Source: an archaeon
GTDB lineage: Archaea; Nanobdellota; Nanobdellia; Pacearchaeales; GW2011-AR1
Assembly (NCBI GenBank): GCA_024653565.1
Contig: JANLIK010000015.1
Location: forward strand, 21,289 to 85,288
Length of the DNA: 64,000 nucleotides
Reading direction: 5' to 3'
Shown here: positions 9,527 to 19,208 of the stretch, piece after piece
How the letters are laid out: each line of letters opens with the position of its first letter
Position numbering within the stretch: position 1 is the stretch's first letter
Notes under the pieces: generated by a model
Seen by the model: the letters and a program-made list of their open reading frames with translations, nothing else
Told to the model about the DNA's origin: nothing
Databases searched by the model: none
Translations under genes and position numbers: made by a program

Positions 9527-11404
9527 ATGGAGGACGTTATTCAAAAACAGGAAGAGGTAAAATCGAAAGATTTGGAATACTTAAAGATTTTAAAAGCTTT
9601 AATGGAATTACCCTTCCAGGTAGGAAAGAATTTATTGATAGATTTTCTAAAGGGAGATTATAAGAATAAATCTATAATAAATAATCGGCTCGACAGACTA
9701 CACACTTTTGGAACTCTTAAATGGGAAAGCACAGCAATTTCACAAAAAATAGACAATTTAATAATGAATAGGATGATTGAATGGGTCACAAGCGATTATA
9801 ATAAATTCATAAAGGTTTTAGAAATAACTTCAAAAGGAGGGAAAGAAATTCTTAATCCCACACTCCAAAACAAAAGTTTAAACAACAAAATAGAATTCAG
9901 TGAAGCCGAGATAACAAAAAAAGAAAGAGACGAATTTGTAAAATTAGATGACTTTCTCAATGGATATAATGAAAATCAAAAAAAGGCAATTATCTCCATG
10001 GCATCAAAGATTCTTTGTGTTGCTGGAGCCGGTTCTGGAAAGACCACAGTCCTAACAAAAAGAATAGAATTTTTGATAAGACACAGAGAAATCAATCCAG
10101 AGAAAATTCTAGCCATTACATTCACTCGTAAGGCCAAGAATGAAATGGAAAAAAGATTAAAAGATAGCGGAATCTTCGGCGTAAAAGTAAATACCTTCAA
10201 TTCATTCTGTGAGAGAATCTTAAAAAAATATGAGGGAGTAATTTATGGAAAAAGAATGGGCGTCCAAGGATATGGGGATAAGATTTTAGGAATGACCATG
10301 GCATTTGGGAGACTTGGAATTGAAATGGAAGATGTAATAAAAGAATACTTTGGACCACAACAAAGAAAATTCAAAACCCAAAATCAATTATTCAATAATT
10401 TTATGAATGATTGTTTTTCTGTGATGGAATATTTTAAGGTTACTGGGGAAGAAGAATATAATTTTAGTAAAGATGTAGAACCCAAAGATAAGAAAAATGC
10501 CGAGAGAGTTTACTTAATTAACAAATACTTAAAAGAGCATATGGAAATACAAGGACTTAGGGATTATTCTGACCAGTTAATTGATGCAATAAAATTCTTA
10601 AAAGAAAATCCAAAAGAAGTCCCTGAATTTGAACATTTACTCATTGATGAATACCAGGATGTAAACGCAATGCAAGTTGAATTGATAAACCTACTCAAAG
10701 CAAAAAACATATTCGCTGTTGGGGACCCTAGACAGAGTATTTTTGGTTGGAGGGGTTCTGATATAAGGTATATTTTAGACTTTGAAAAAGAATATGGTCA
10801 AAGTGAAGTAATACACTTAACAAAGAATTATAGGAGTAGCAAGAGAATAGTTGAATTTATGAATAAGGCAATTAAAGAAATGGGGCTTCCAGATTTAGAA
10901 AATCACTGTCAAGATGAGTCTAAAATTAAAATCATAAATTTTGAAAATGAAAATGCAGAAAGAGAATTTGTAATAAGGAAAATATTAGAATCAAAGGTCC
11001 CCCGAAATGAAATCTTTGTCCTCGCCAGAACAAACAGACAATTACAAGAACTATCCCAAATAATGAAAATGGCAAATATCTCCCATGTCTTAAGGACAGA
11101 TGAAGTAAAAAGACCGGTAGAAGGTAAGGAGGGCGATGTAACTCTTGCAACAATTCATGCAATAAAAGGACTTGAGGCAGAAAAGGTATTCCTAATAGGA
11201 GCAAATGAACAGAATTTTCCATGCAAGGCAACAGACCATCCTGCAATAGAAATGGTAAAGATGGATAATTATAATAAAACAGAAGAAGAAAAGAGATTAT
11301 TTTATGTAGCCATATCTCGAGCAAAAAAGATGCTTTACATCACATATCCGGGGAAGAAACCCACTTATTTCATCAATGATGATATGTTGGGGATGGGGGA
11401 ATAG
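9527..11404 (+). CDS. UvrD/PcrA-family ATP-dependent DNA helicase with an N-terminal extension
   Basis: Walker A AGAGSGKTTVL, motif Ia AITFTRKA and motif II LLIDEYQDVN. C-terminal helicase motifs are also present. Confidence 0.85.
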   Translation: MEDVIQKQEEVKSKDLEYLKILKALMELPFQVGKNLLIDFLKGDYKNKSIINNRLDRLHTFGTLKWESTAISQKIDNLIMNRMIEWVTSDYNKFIKVLEITSKGGKEILNPTLQNKSLNNKIEFSEAEITKKERDEFVKLDDFLNGYNENQKKAIISMASKILCVAGAGSGKTTVLTKRIEFLIRHREINPEKILAITFTRKAKNEMEKRLKDSGIFGVKVNTFNSFCERILKKYEGVIYGKRMGVQGYGDKILGMTMAFGRLGIEMEDVIKEYFGPQQRKFKTQNQLFNNFMNDCFSVMEYFKVTGEEEYNFSKDVEPKDKKNAERVYLINKYLKEHMEIQGLRDYSDQLIDAIKFLKENPKEVPEFEHLLIDEYQDVNAMQVELINLLKAKNIFAVGDPRQSIFGWRGSDIRYILDFEKEYGQSEVIHLTKNYRSSKRIVEFMNKAIKEMGLPDLENHCQDESKIKIINFENENAEREFVIRKILESKVPRNEIFVLARTNRQLQELSQIMKMANISHVLRTDEVKRPVEGKEGDVTLATIHAIKGLEAEKVFLIGANEQNFPCKATDHPAIEMVKMDNYNKTEEEKRLFYVAISRAKKMLYITYPGKKPTYFINDDMLGMGE

Positions 11405-11443
11405 AACCTCACCCCAACAACAAGTTACACCCTCTGGTCGCTA

Positions 11444-11689
11444 TGCTCCCGCCGGGATTTGAACCCGGGTCGCCGCCGTTCTCCGAAGGATTCCTCGCTT
11501 AAAGTAGTTGTCTGAAGTCAGACTGGAGTTATGGTCTCATCGACTGGAACTCCCCACCTCTTGAAAGTCAGACTTTGTCTGATATTCAATCCTCGCGATG
11601 AGCGAGTCTTGAAGTTTAACTTATCAACTTCCGTTTCGAGGAACCTCAAATTGAGAGGGCGGTATCCTTGGCCACTAGACTACGAGAGC
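11444..11689 (-). tRNA. tRNA-Glu (anticodon CUC) interrupted by a ~173-nt intron at the canonical 37/38 position. Exons are 11652..11689 and 11444..11478
   Basis: The 5' exon is GCUCUCGUAGUCUAGUGGCCAAGGAUACCGCCCUCUCA, with anticodon stem CCGCC and loop CUCUCA. The 3' exon is C-GGCGG-CGAC-CCGGGUUCAAAUCCCGG-CGGGAGCA and pairs perfectly with the acceptor and anticodon stems. The exon D-arm/anticodon arm (GUCUAGUGGCCAAGGAUACCGCCC) is near-identical to that of a classical bacterial tRNA-Glu, and the T-arm/acceptor 3' end (GACCCGGGUUCAAAUCCCGG...AGCA) to an archaeal tRNA-Glu. Confidence 0.65.
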
Positions 11690-11750
11690 CTAATGAAAGA
11701 AAGTAGTCAGTGGCTTTTAAAGATTACGCCATCGAGACTGAGAGGGTGAG

Positions 11751-11802
11751 CAATTCGCTTTTGACCTAATTTCTGTATTCGTCAAATGCAAATTGTGAAG
11801 AG
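11751..11802 (+). other. Conserved ~55-nt motif, copy B (caattcgcttttg...caaatgcaaattgtgaagag), abutting a duplicated tRNA-Glu 5' fragment
   Basis: Shares caatt.gcttttg ... caaatgcaaattgtga with 5638..5692. Confidence 0.5.
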
Positions 11803-11830
11803 GTATCCTTGGCCACTAGACTACGAGAGC
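11802..11830 (-). repeat. 29-nt exact duplicate of the tRNA-Glu 5' end (acceptor plus D-arm). The original is at 11662..11690
   Basis: Exact string match (ggtatccttggccactagactacgagagc) on the + strand. The copies diverge immediately after the repeat. Confidence 0.8.
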
Positions 11831-12005
11831 TTTTACACGTAGTGTCTTTACAAGAAAATGAATAGTTAATTTTTAAATGTAATCCCCTCAATCAACCCAT
11901 AAAAAAACTTAGAATCTTACTTAATCCCTCTGTGTAAAAAATCTGGGCGAAGCCAGATTTGGGGCAGAAAGCAATCTTTTAAAACTCCATAACCCTTGGA
12001 TTAAC

Positions 12006-14771
12006 ATGGTGGAAATCAACTTCTTTAAAATCGAAAAGAAATGGCAAGATAGGTGGTCTAAAGAGAAAACATTTGAAGTAAAAGAAGACTCAAAGAAGAA
12101 GAAATATTACACTCTTGAAATGTTTCCCTATCCTTCTGGTGAAGGAATCCATATGGGACACACATTTAATTTTACGTTGGTAGACATCCTCGCCAGATTC
12201 AAAAGATTAAGTGGTTTGAATGTAATGTACCCTGTGGGGTATGACTCTTTAGGTCTTCCAGCTGAAAACGCAGCAATAAAAGTTGGAACCCATCCAAAAG
12301 AATACACTGACAAATCTATCCCTAATTTTATGAAACAACAAAAAGCATTGGGCCTAAGCTATGATTGGTCAAGAGTCATTTCTACAGCAGACCCCGAATA
12401 TTACAAATGGGACCAATGGGTATTTTTAGAGATGTTCAAAAAGAGTTTAGCATATCAAAAAACAAGGGCTGTTAATTGGTGCCCAAGTTGTAAAACCGTT
12501 CTAGCAAATGAACAGGCACAATCGGGAACTTGTGATAGATGTGAAACACCTGTAAAAATCAAACACTTAAAACAATGGTTTTTCAAAATAACCGACTATG
12601 CAGATGAACTTTATGAGAACATAGACAAACTTGACTGGCCAGAGAAAACAAAAGCAATGCAAAGAAATTGGATTGGAAAAAGTCATGGAACCCAAATTGA
12701 TTTTGAAATAAATAAAAAACCATGGCCAATATTTACAACAAGGCCAGACACAATCTTCGGTGTAACTTTTATGGTCATCTCGGCACAACATGAAGGGTTA
12801 ATGAGCTTAGTCACAAAAGAACAGAAGAAAGAAGTTGAAAACTTCTTGAATAAACTAGGTTCGGTAAGTGAAAAAGATTTAGCAGAAATGGATAAGCTAG
12901 GAGCATTCACTGGAAGTTATGCGATCAATCCAGCCAACAAAGAAAAAGTTCCAATCTATGTTGGAAATTTTGTCATCGCTGATTATGGTTCTGGAATGGT
13001 AATGGCAGTCCCCGCCCACGACCAAAGAGATTTCGAGTTCGCAAAAAAGTATAAAATTAAAATCAAACCTGTTGTGCTAAAAGAGCATAATGAAAGTTAT
13101 AGTTATGTTATGGGTATCAATGAAAAAGACATAGCCAAGATAGGGATAAAAATCATTGAAAAAACAGAAGAAGGATTTTTCAAAATCAAGATTCCTTTTG
13201 GTAAACTTGAAGAATATAAAAGTTTTATTAGAAAAAACCTTCAGCCAGGATTTTGGAATGAGTTTAGCACCCCTAAAGGATTTTATTTTATATTTAAACA
13301 CAAAAATAAAAAATTAGAAGAATTTGAACTAAATGAAAAAACAAACGACCTGATTGATAATTATGGAATGACTTTTAATAATGAAAAACCAAAAAAGAAT
13401 CCTGAAAATGTTTATTCATGGCTTGCAGAAAATGACTTTTACAAAGAATTACTAATTCACACAGACACAGGAACCCTAATCAGCTCAGGAAAATTCAATG
13501 GCCTTGATAACAAAGAAGCAATAAATCAAATAACAAAGGAATTTGGTAAAAAAATCGTCCAATTCAAACTCAGAGATTGGGGAATCTCACGTCAAAGATA
13601 TTGGGGAACCCCTATTCCAATCATCCATTGTGAAAAATGTGGGACTGTTCCAGTTCCAGAAAAGGACCTTCCAGTAATCCTCCCAGAGAAAGTTAAGTTC
13701 GGTGAAGGAAACCCATTGGAAACGGCAAAAGATTGGGTAAATGTATCTTGTCCAAAATGCAAGGGGAAGGCAAAAAGAGAAACAGATACAATGGACACCT
13801 TTGTCAACTCATCCTGGTATTTCTTTAGATATTGTGACACCCAGAACAAAAAAGAAATCTTTGATAAAAATAAGGTAAATTATTGGTGCCCAATAGATAC
13901 TTACATTGGTGGAGCAGAACATTCATGTATGCATTTAATTTATTCAAGGTTTTATACTAAATTCTTGAATGATATGGGATTACTAAACTTCAGAGAACCT
14001 ATAAAAAGATTGTTCCATCAGGGGATGATTAACGACGAGAAAGGACAAAAACAGAGCAAATCTAAAGGGAATGTCGTAGAACCCCTAAAATTAATCCAAG
14101 AATATGGCTCAGATACTCTTAGGTTCTTTATAACTTCTGTAGCAGCCCCCGACAAAGGATTTAATTGGAGCACTAAAGGAATACAAGGAAGTTCAAAATT
14201 AATTAAAAGAATTATAAATTATTTTGAGGAATCTAAGGAAGAAAAAGATTCTCCAGAAGTTCTAAATAAATTGAATAAAACAATTTCAAATGTAGAAAGT
14301 TATTATGAAAACTTCCAATATAGAAAAGCAACGATTGAAATTAGAGAACTTTTCGATTTAATTGAAAAAAATCCTGCATCAAAAGAAACAAAAGAAAGAT
14401 TTTTGCAAATTCTTAACCCAATCTGCCCACACATAACTGAAGAGCTTTGGAACAGGCTAGGGAATAAAAACCTCATTTCAACGAGCGAATGGCCAAAGGC
14501 AGGAAAAGTAACAGATAAAAAATCTGAATCAAATTTGGATGAAACAGTTATCAGAGACATAAATTATTTTCTTGAAAAGACTCCGACTAAACCAAAAAAG
14601 ATTTATCTTTACGCAATGCATTTTGAAATAAAAAAGATAAATAAAGAAAAAATCTCTAAGAAAGTCGGCCTTCCCATAGATGTCTTCGCTGTCAACGACA
14701 AAAACAAATATGACCCTCAAGGAAAGGCCGGTAAAGCAAAGCCTGGAAAGCCCAGTATTTTTTTGGAATAA
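12006..14771 (+). CDS. leuS: Leucyl-tRNA synthetase, archaeal/eukaryal type
   Basis: HMGH (HIGH-class) motif, a KSKGN (KMSKS) motif and a CP1 editing insertion. 921 aa. Confidence 0.9.
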   Translation: MVEINFFKIEKKWQDRWSKEKTFEVKEDSKKKKYYTLEMFPYPSGEGIHMGHTFNFTLVDILARFKRLSGLNVMYPVGYDSLGLPAENAAIKVGTHPKEYTDKSIPNFMKQQKALGLSYDWSRVISTADPEYYKWDQWVFLEMFKKSLAYQKTRAVNWCPSCKTVLANEQAQSGTCDRCETPVKIKHLKQWFFKITDYADELYENIDKLDWPEKTKAMQRNWIGKSHGTQIDFEINKKPWPIFTTRPDTIFGVTFMVISAQHEGLMSLVTKEQKKEVENFLNKLGSVSEKDLAEMDKLGAFTGSYAINPANKEKVPIYVGNFVIADYGSGMVMAVPAHDQRDFEFAKKYKIKIKPVVLKEHNESYSYVMGINEKDIAKIGIKIIEKTEEGFFKIKIPFGKLEEYKSFIRKNLQPGFWNEFSTPKGFYFIFKHKNKKLEEFELNEKTNDLIDNYGMTFNNEKPKKNPENVYSWLAENDFYKELLIHTDTGTLISSGKFNGLDNKEAINQITKEFGKKIVQFKLRDWGISRQRYWGTPIPIIHCEKCGTVPVPEKDLPVILPEKVKFGEGNPLETAKDWVNVSCPKCKGKAKRETDTMDTFVNSSWYFFRYCDTQNKKEIFDKNKVNYWCPIDTYIGGAEHSCMHLIYSRFYTKFLNDMGLLNFREPIKRLFHQGMINDEKGQKQSKSKGNVVEPLKLIQEYGSDTLRFFITSVAAPDKGFNWSTKGIQGSSKLIKRIINYFEESKEEKDSPEVLNKLNKTISNVESYYENFQYRKATIEIRELFDLIEKNPASKETKERFLQILNPICPHITEELWNRLGNKNLISTSEWPKAGKVTDKKSESNLDETVIRDINYFLEKTPTKPKKIYLYAMHFEIKKINKEKISKKVGLPIDVFAVNDKNKYDPQGKAGKAKPGKPSIFLE

Positions 14772-14831
14772 TCCTTTTAAACCATCCAAGTTATTATAAA
14801 GTAGAACAAATTCTCTCCCAAAGGTTATCCT

Positions 14832-15113
14832 ATGAAATTAAAAGAAGAATTAGAAAGAAGAAATGTACCTCCTTCAAATCCAGAAAAAAGATATCTCTTT
14901 AGGCAATTAGAATGTGTTGCTGTCCATAAAGAAAAACTAGAAGAAGAAAGGGGTCGAGAAATGAGTGATGATGAAGCAATAACTCATTGGGTGGAAAATG
15001 GATTCGCGAGAAAATTTTGTGAAACTTATCCCCATATTGAGCGAGATGGAGAAGAATTAACTTGTAGAGCTTTATACGATACGCTCGTCTCAGAAAAAGA
15101 TGAACAACGCTAA
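14832..15113 (+). CDS. Hypothetical protein (93 aa)
   Basis: ORF only. Confidence 0.4.
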   Translation: MKLKEELERRNVPPSNPEKRYLFRQLECVAVHKEKLEEERGREMSDDEAITHWVENGFARKFCETYPHIERDGEELTCRALYDTLVSEKDEQR

Positions 15114-15143
15114 ACTTTTAAACTAAACACCCTTCAATAAAAC

Positions 15144-15524
15144 ATGGAAAAAGAGGGATTGTTTAATCACATTATTAGAGGTCAAAGAACTTTTGGTGAA
15201 AGAGCTGCTGATGGTTTGGCAAGTTATGCAGGAAGTTGGACTTTTATTTTAGGATTTGTTGTAATTTTAATCTTGTGGATAATGGCAAATGTTTACATGT
15301 GGGTAAATGCCTGGGACCCATACCCTTTTATTTTACTCAACCTTGTTCTATCTTGCGTAGCCGCATTACAAGCGCCAATAATTCTTATGAGTCAAAACAG
15401 GCAAGCCCAGAAAGACAGATTAAAATCAGGATACGATTACAGAGTTAATGTTAAAGCCGAAAGGGAAATTGAAAATATATTAGAAAAACTTGATTCTATA
15501 GAAAAAGCAATAAAGAAAAAGTAA
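15144..15524 (+). CDS. DUF1003-like small membrane protein
   Basis: FGERAADGLASYAGSW followed by a TM segment, then MSQNRQAQKDR, as in the DUF1003 family. Confidence 0.55.
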   Translation: MEKEGLFNHIIRGQRTFGERAADGLASYAGSWTFILGFVVILILWIMANVYMWVNAWDPYPFILLNLVLSCVAALQAPIILMSQNRQAQKDRLKSGYDYRVNVKAEREIENILEKLDSIEKAIKKK

Positions 15525-17315
15525 TCACTCTAAAACAACCTTAACTCTTCGAGCACCGGCACCAACAGAATCTTGCTTCTTTATTTTGAAGGTGCATCCT
15601 TGAAGTTCCTTTAGGCTCTTGACATGTGGTCCCGTACAAATCTCTTTACTTATTTTTCCATCTCCAATTGAATACACACTTATCTTTTCGGCAACTTTAT
15701 ATTTATCCTCAAAGATTCCAGCCGCACCAAACTTCTTTGCTTCATCTAAACTCATCTCATCTCTTTTAACCTCCGCGCCATCCCAAATCCACCCATTAAC
15801 TAAATCCTCTAACTCCTTAACCTCATCATCAGTAAGTTTTCTGTCGTATGAAAAATCAAACCGAGCTCTTTCTGCATTGATATTGCTTCCTCTTTGTTGA
15901 ATCTCCTTCATCCCTTCAAGTTTTGGTAATACTTTATTCATCGCGGCCAAAAGAAGATGTGTCGCGGTATGCAATCTTGTTGTCGCCTCGCTGTCATCAG
16001 CTAAACCAGATTTAAACTTCCCAGCAGCAGCAGTTCTAGACAACTCAGAATGTTTATTTAACGCATCAGAATATTCTTTTTCATCAACCTTAATTCCCTT
16101 TTCTTTAGCTAACTCCAAGGTCATTTCAATTGGAAAACCATACGATTGGTAAAGCAAAAAGGCCTCCGTTCCAGACATCTTTTTAGAACCAGCAACCTTA
16201 TCAAAAATCCTGAGGCCTTGAGCTAAAGTTTTCAAAAATCTTTCTTCCTCATTAGCCAGCTCCAATGTAATTTTCCTCGCATCTAATTTATAATCTCCAT
16301 AGAGTTCATAAACAACATCTGCAATACTCGTTGTAAAACTTTCAATCCCTAAAACCCTCCCATATCTAACGGCTCTCCTAATCAATCTCCTCAAAACATA
16401 CCCTTGTTCCGAATTACCTGGCACAATACCATCATTAATTATAAAAACTGCTGCCTTGATATGGTCTGCAACAATCCTCATTGCCCTAGTAACTATTTCA
16501 TCCTCCCCATACTTATGTTTTGAAATCATTTCAATCTTTTGAATAATCGGTTGCCAAACCTCTCCTAAATAATTATCCTCAAGTCCATTCAAAACAGCAA
16601 GAGTCCTTTCAACACCCATCCCAGTATCAACATTTTCCTGCTTCGCTAAATTATAATTCCCTTTAGTGTCTTTATTGTATTCCATAAAAACATCATTCCA
16701 AATTTCTAACCAATTACTATCTTTTGGATTAAATTTTCCAGGTAACTTTCCTTTGTTTGGCTTCCAATAAAACATTTCAGTATCAGGACCACAAGGACCT
16801 GTCTTTCCCGCCGGACCCCACCAATTTTCCTCTAAATATACAATTCTTTCGTTACTCACTCCAAGAGAAGCCCAAATATCTGCAGAATCAGTATCCTTAT
16901 CTACTTCCCCATCTCCTTCAAAAACACTGAATGCTAGTCTCTCAACGGGCATTTTCAACACCTTAGTCAAAAACTCAAAGGACATCTCAATTGCTTCCTT
17001 CTTAAAATAATCTCCAAGTGACCAGTTTCCAAGCATTTCAAAAAAAGTATGATGTGACGTATCCCCTACCTCTTCAATATCTCCAGTCCTAATACACCTT
17101 TGAACCCCTACTAACCTCTTCCCTTGAGGGTGTTTCTGTCCTAGGAGAAAAGGAACAAGAGGGTGCATTCCTGCCGTCGTAAAGAGAACAGAAGGATCGT
17201 TCTCCGGGACCAAACTAACATTAGCAACCTCTTTATGCTTCTTCGATTTAAAGAATTTTAAATAAGTCTCAATTAACTCTTTTCTTTTCATTTTTTTATA
17301 TCCTCTATTGAACAA
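15525..17315 (-). CDS. alaS: Alanyl-tRNA synthetase, short form with a bacterial-type catalytic core and lacking the C-terminal C-Ala domain
   Basis: VLFTTAGM, RCIRTGDIEEVG..HHTFFEMLGNWS and an editing-domain HxxxH (HTATHLL) plus CTGPHV motifs. Only 596 aa. Confidence 0.85.
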   Translation of the reverse strand: MFNRGYKKMKRKELIETYLKFFKSKKHKEVANVSLVPENDPSVLFTTAGMHPLVPFLLGQKHPQGKRLVGVQRCIRTGDIEEVGDTSHHTFFEMLGNWSLGDYFKKEAIEMSFEFLTKVLKMPVERLAFSVFEGDGEVDKDTDSADIWASLGVSNERIVYLEENWWGPAGKTGPCGPDTEMFYWKPNKGKLPGKFNPKDSNWLEIWNDVFMEYNKDTKGNYNLAKQENVDTGMGVERTLAVLNGLEDNYLGEVWQPIIQKIEMISKHKYGEDEIVTRAMRIVADHIKAAVFIINDGIVPGNSEQGYVLRRLIRRAVRYGRVLGIESFTTSIADVVYELYGDYKLDARKITLELANEEERFLKTLAQGLRIFDKVAGSKKMSGTEAFLLYQSYGFPIEMTLELAKEKGIKVDEKEYSDALNKHSELSRTAAAGKFKSGLADDSEATTRLHTATHLLLAAMNKVLPKLEGMKEIQQRGSNINAERARFDFSYDRKLTDDEVKELEDLVNGWIWDGAEVKRDEMSLDEAKKFGAAGIFEDKYKVAEKISVYSIGDGKISKEICTGPHVKSLKELQGCTFKIKKQDSVGAGARRVKVVLE

Positions 17316-17431
17316 AATGAAACATGAGACTTCCTCCCTAGACCTACTTGGTTGAAGTCACTTTTTCATGTTTAAACATAGATGAGGTAACTTTTAAATT
17401 TAGTTATTGAATAAACTTCCAAAAAATCACT

Positions 17432-17818
17432 TTAACCATTTAATAATCTTAACTTTTCTTGGATGCTCTCTAATTCCATATCTATGCTCTCTTTTTTAGA
17501 GTAATCCGATTTTTCTTTCTTTTCCTCACGAACCCCATTCATATTTATCTTTTTTGGTACTTTCGGATTTGGAAATCTTTCTTCTATAGTCTCTATAGTC
17601 TTAGCAATATATGAAAACAACCTATGTAACTCAGCATTAAGATCCGCTTTTTGTCTAGAGAGAACCTTTAGGTGGTGAATATGTTTCAAAATCCTCAATA
17701 AATCTGCCTGGCTGTTTAATATATCTGACTTTCCAGCCCTATATCTCTCATTATCAATCAAAACATAAAGGTCCTCCTGGGAGGCCATATTAGAATTGAT
17801 TAAAGATATCAGAGTCAA
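17432..17818 (-). CDS. Hypothetical coiled-coil protein (128 aa)
   Basis: ORF. It overlaps the upstream ORF by 29 nt in a different frame. Confidence 0.4.
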   Translation of the reverse strand: MTLISLINSNMASQEDLYVLIDNERYRAGKSDILNSQADLLRILKHIHHLKVLSRQKADLNAELHRLFSYIAKTIETIEERFPNPKVPKKINMNGVREEKKEKSDYSKKESIDMELESIQEKLRLLNG

Positions 17819-18332
17819 TATCTGTTAATCTAGATTTTAATTTCTCGACCTCTGTGGACCAATTATTAATTTCTTCCTCTTCTTTAGCCCGAACACCTTT
17901 TATTTTCTCTAAAACGTTTTCAATGTCAGTCACCTTTTCCCTTATTTCTTTAAAATTTTTCTGTGAAGCCTGAAACTTATCAATTCTAACGAATATAGGT
18001 TCCATAGATTTGGTAACTGGTTTGTTGTCTACAGAAGCATTTAACTCTAAAGTTCTTCTTCGGTTCATCTCAGGAACCCGACTTGGAAGCTTTGGAATTC
18101 CCATCTCATGAACATCAAAATCTTCCGGAATATCTACTTTTACCTCATTTTCTTCCAAAGATAAATCGTCACTAATCGCACTTCTCTTATTCACACTACC
18201 AGTCTCTTTTGTAAATGGAAGAACGGGCAAAGCAGGCAAATCCCTATTTTCATGAGAAATACTTGGGAGGTCAGGCAAAACTGGGGCCGGTGGCAATTCC
18301 GGCACAGATTCCTTTTTACTAAAGAGTCCCAT
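17790..18332 (-). CDS. Hypothetical protein with a proline-rich N-terminus and a coiled-coil C-terminus (180 aa)
   Basis: ORF. May be one gene with 17432..17818 if there is a frameshift. Confidence 0.45.
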   Translation of the reverse strand: MGLFSKKESVPELPPAPVLPDLPSISHENRDLPALPVLPFTKETGSVNKRSAISDDLSLEENEVKVDIPEDFDVHEMGIPKLPSRVPEMNRRRTLELNASVDNKPVTKSMEPIFVRIDKFQASQKNFKEIREKVTDIENVLEKIKGVRAKEEEEINNWSTEVEKLKSRLTDIDSDIFNQF

Positions 18333-18465
18333 AACATATTAAGGGGATAATTCGTTTTTATAGGTTTATAGTAACTTTAAAAGGACTACACAAAAAAAAC
18401 CAGTTTTATCTTCGCTAAAAAAACCTTTAAGAAAGGTATTTAAAAGGAAATAATATTTATTAGTT

Positions 18466-19200
18466 ATGCAAATCAAACTTCTACACGATCTCGTCGAGGA
18501 AATGGCAAATGAGGGGACCGGCAGAATAGTAGACATCTTATTTAGAAAAAAAGACGTTAATGAATTTACCATCGCAAAAAAGATGAATCTGACGATAAAT
18601 CAAGTAAGAAACATTTTATATAAACTATCTGCAGATGGGCTTGTATCTTTTATTAGAAAGAAGGATAAAAGAAAGGGGTGGTACATTTATTATTGGACAC
18701 TAAAGACTGAAAAGTGTTTAGAAAAACTTGAACAATCTCTTCTTTCAAAAATTAAAGATTTCAAAAATATCTTAGGGAACAGAGAAACAAAAAGATATTA
18801 TGTATGTAAATCGTGTAATATCGAAGTTACAGAAGAGAAAGCTCTAGAAAATGGATTCACGTGTGAAGAGTGTGCCGAAGTTTATGAGCTTTCAGACAAT
18901 AGTGGGTCAATCAGAGAAACGAAAACAATAATAACCAAAACAGAAAAGGATTTAGCACTCATTGTCAACGAACTGAGCACTGTTAGAGAAAAAGATAAGA
19001 AAAAAAGAAAAAGGGCAGATAAAAAAGAGCAAAAAGAAGTTGATGCCCAAAAGAAAATTTTAAGAACAGCTAGGGCGGTAGCAAGAAAGAAGATAGCAGA
19101 AAGTAAAAAGAAACCTGTGAAGAAAAAAGTTTCAAAGACGGAAAAGAAACCTGTGAAGAAAAAAGTTTCAAAGGTTAAAAAAACTAAAAAGAAAAAGTAA
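18466..19200 (+). CDS. TFE-like transcription factor (winged helix plus zinc ribbon) with a Lys-rich repetitive tail
   Basis: N-terminal winged-helix-like region and a C-x2-C...C-x2-C ribbon (CKSCN...CEECAE). C-terminal KKPVKKKVSK tandem repeats. Confidence 0.5.
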   Translation: MQIKLLHDLVEEMANEGTGRIVDILFRKKDVNEFTIAKKMNLTINQVRNILYKLSADGLVSFIRKKDKRKGWYIYYWTLKTEKCLEKLEQSLLSKIKDFKNILGNRETKRYYVCKSCNIEVTEEKALENGFTCEECAEVYELSDNSGSIRETKTIITKTEKDLALIVNELSTVREKDKKKRKRADKKEQKEVDAQKKILRTARAVARKKIAESKKKPVKKKVSKTEKKPVKKKVSKVKKTKKKK

Positions 19201-19208
19201 TCTATTAA

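Noticed and set aside
11531-11749. 72-aa ORF on the + strand
   Set aside because: It lies entirely within the tRNA-Glu intron and repeat region, antisense to the tRNA, and gives a low-complexity translation.
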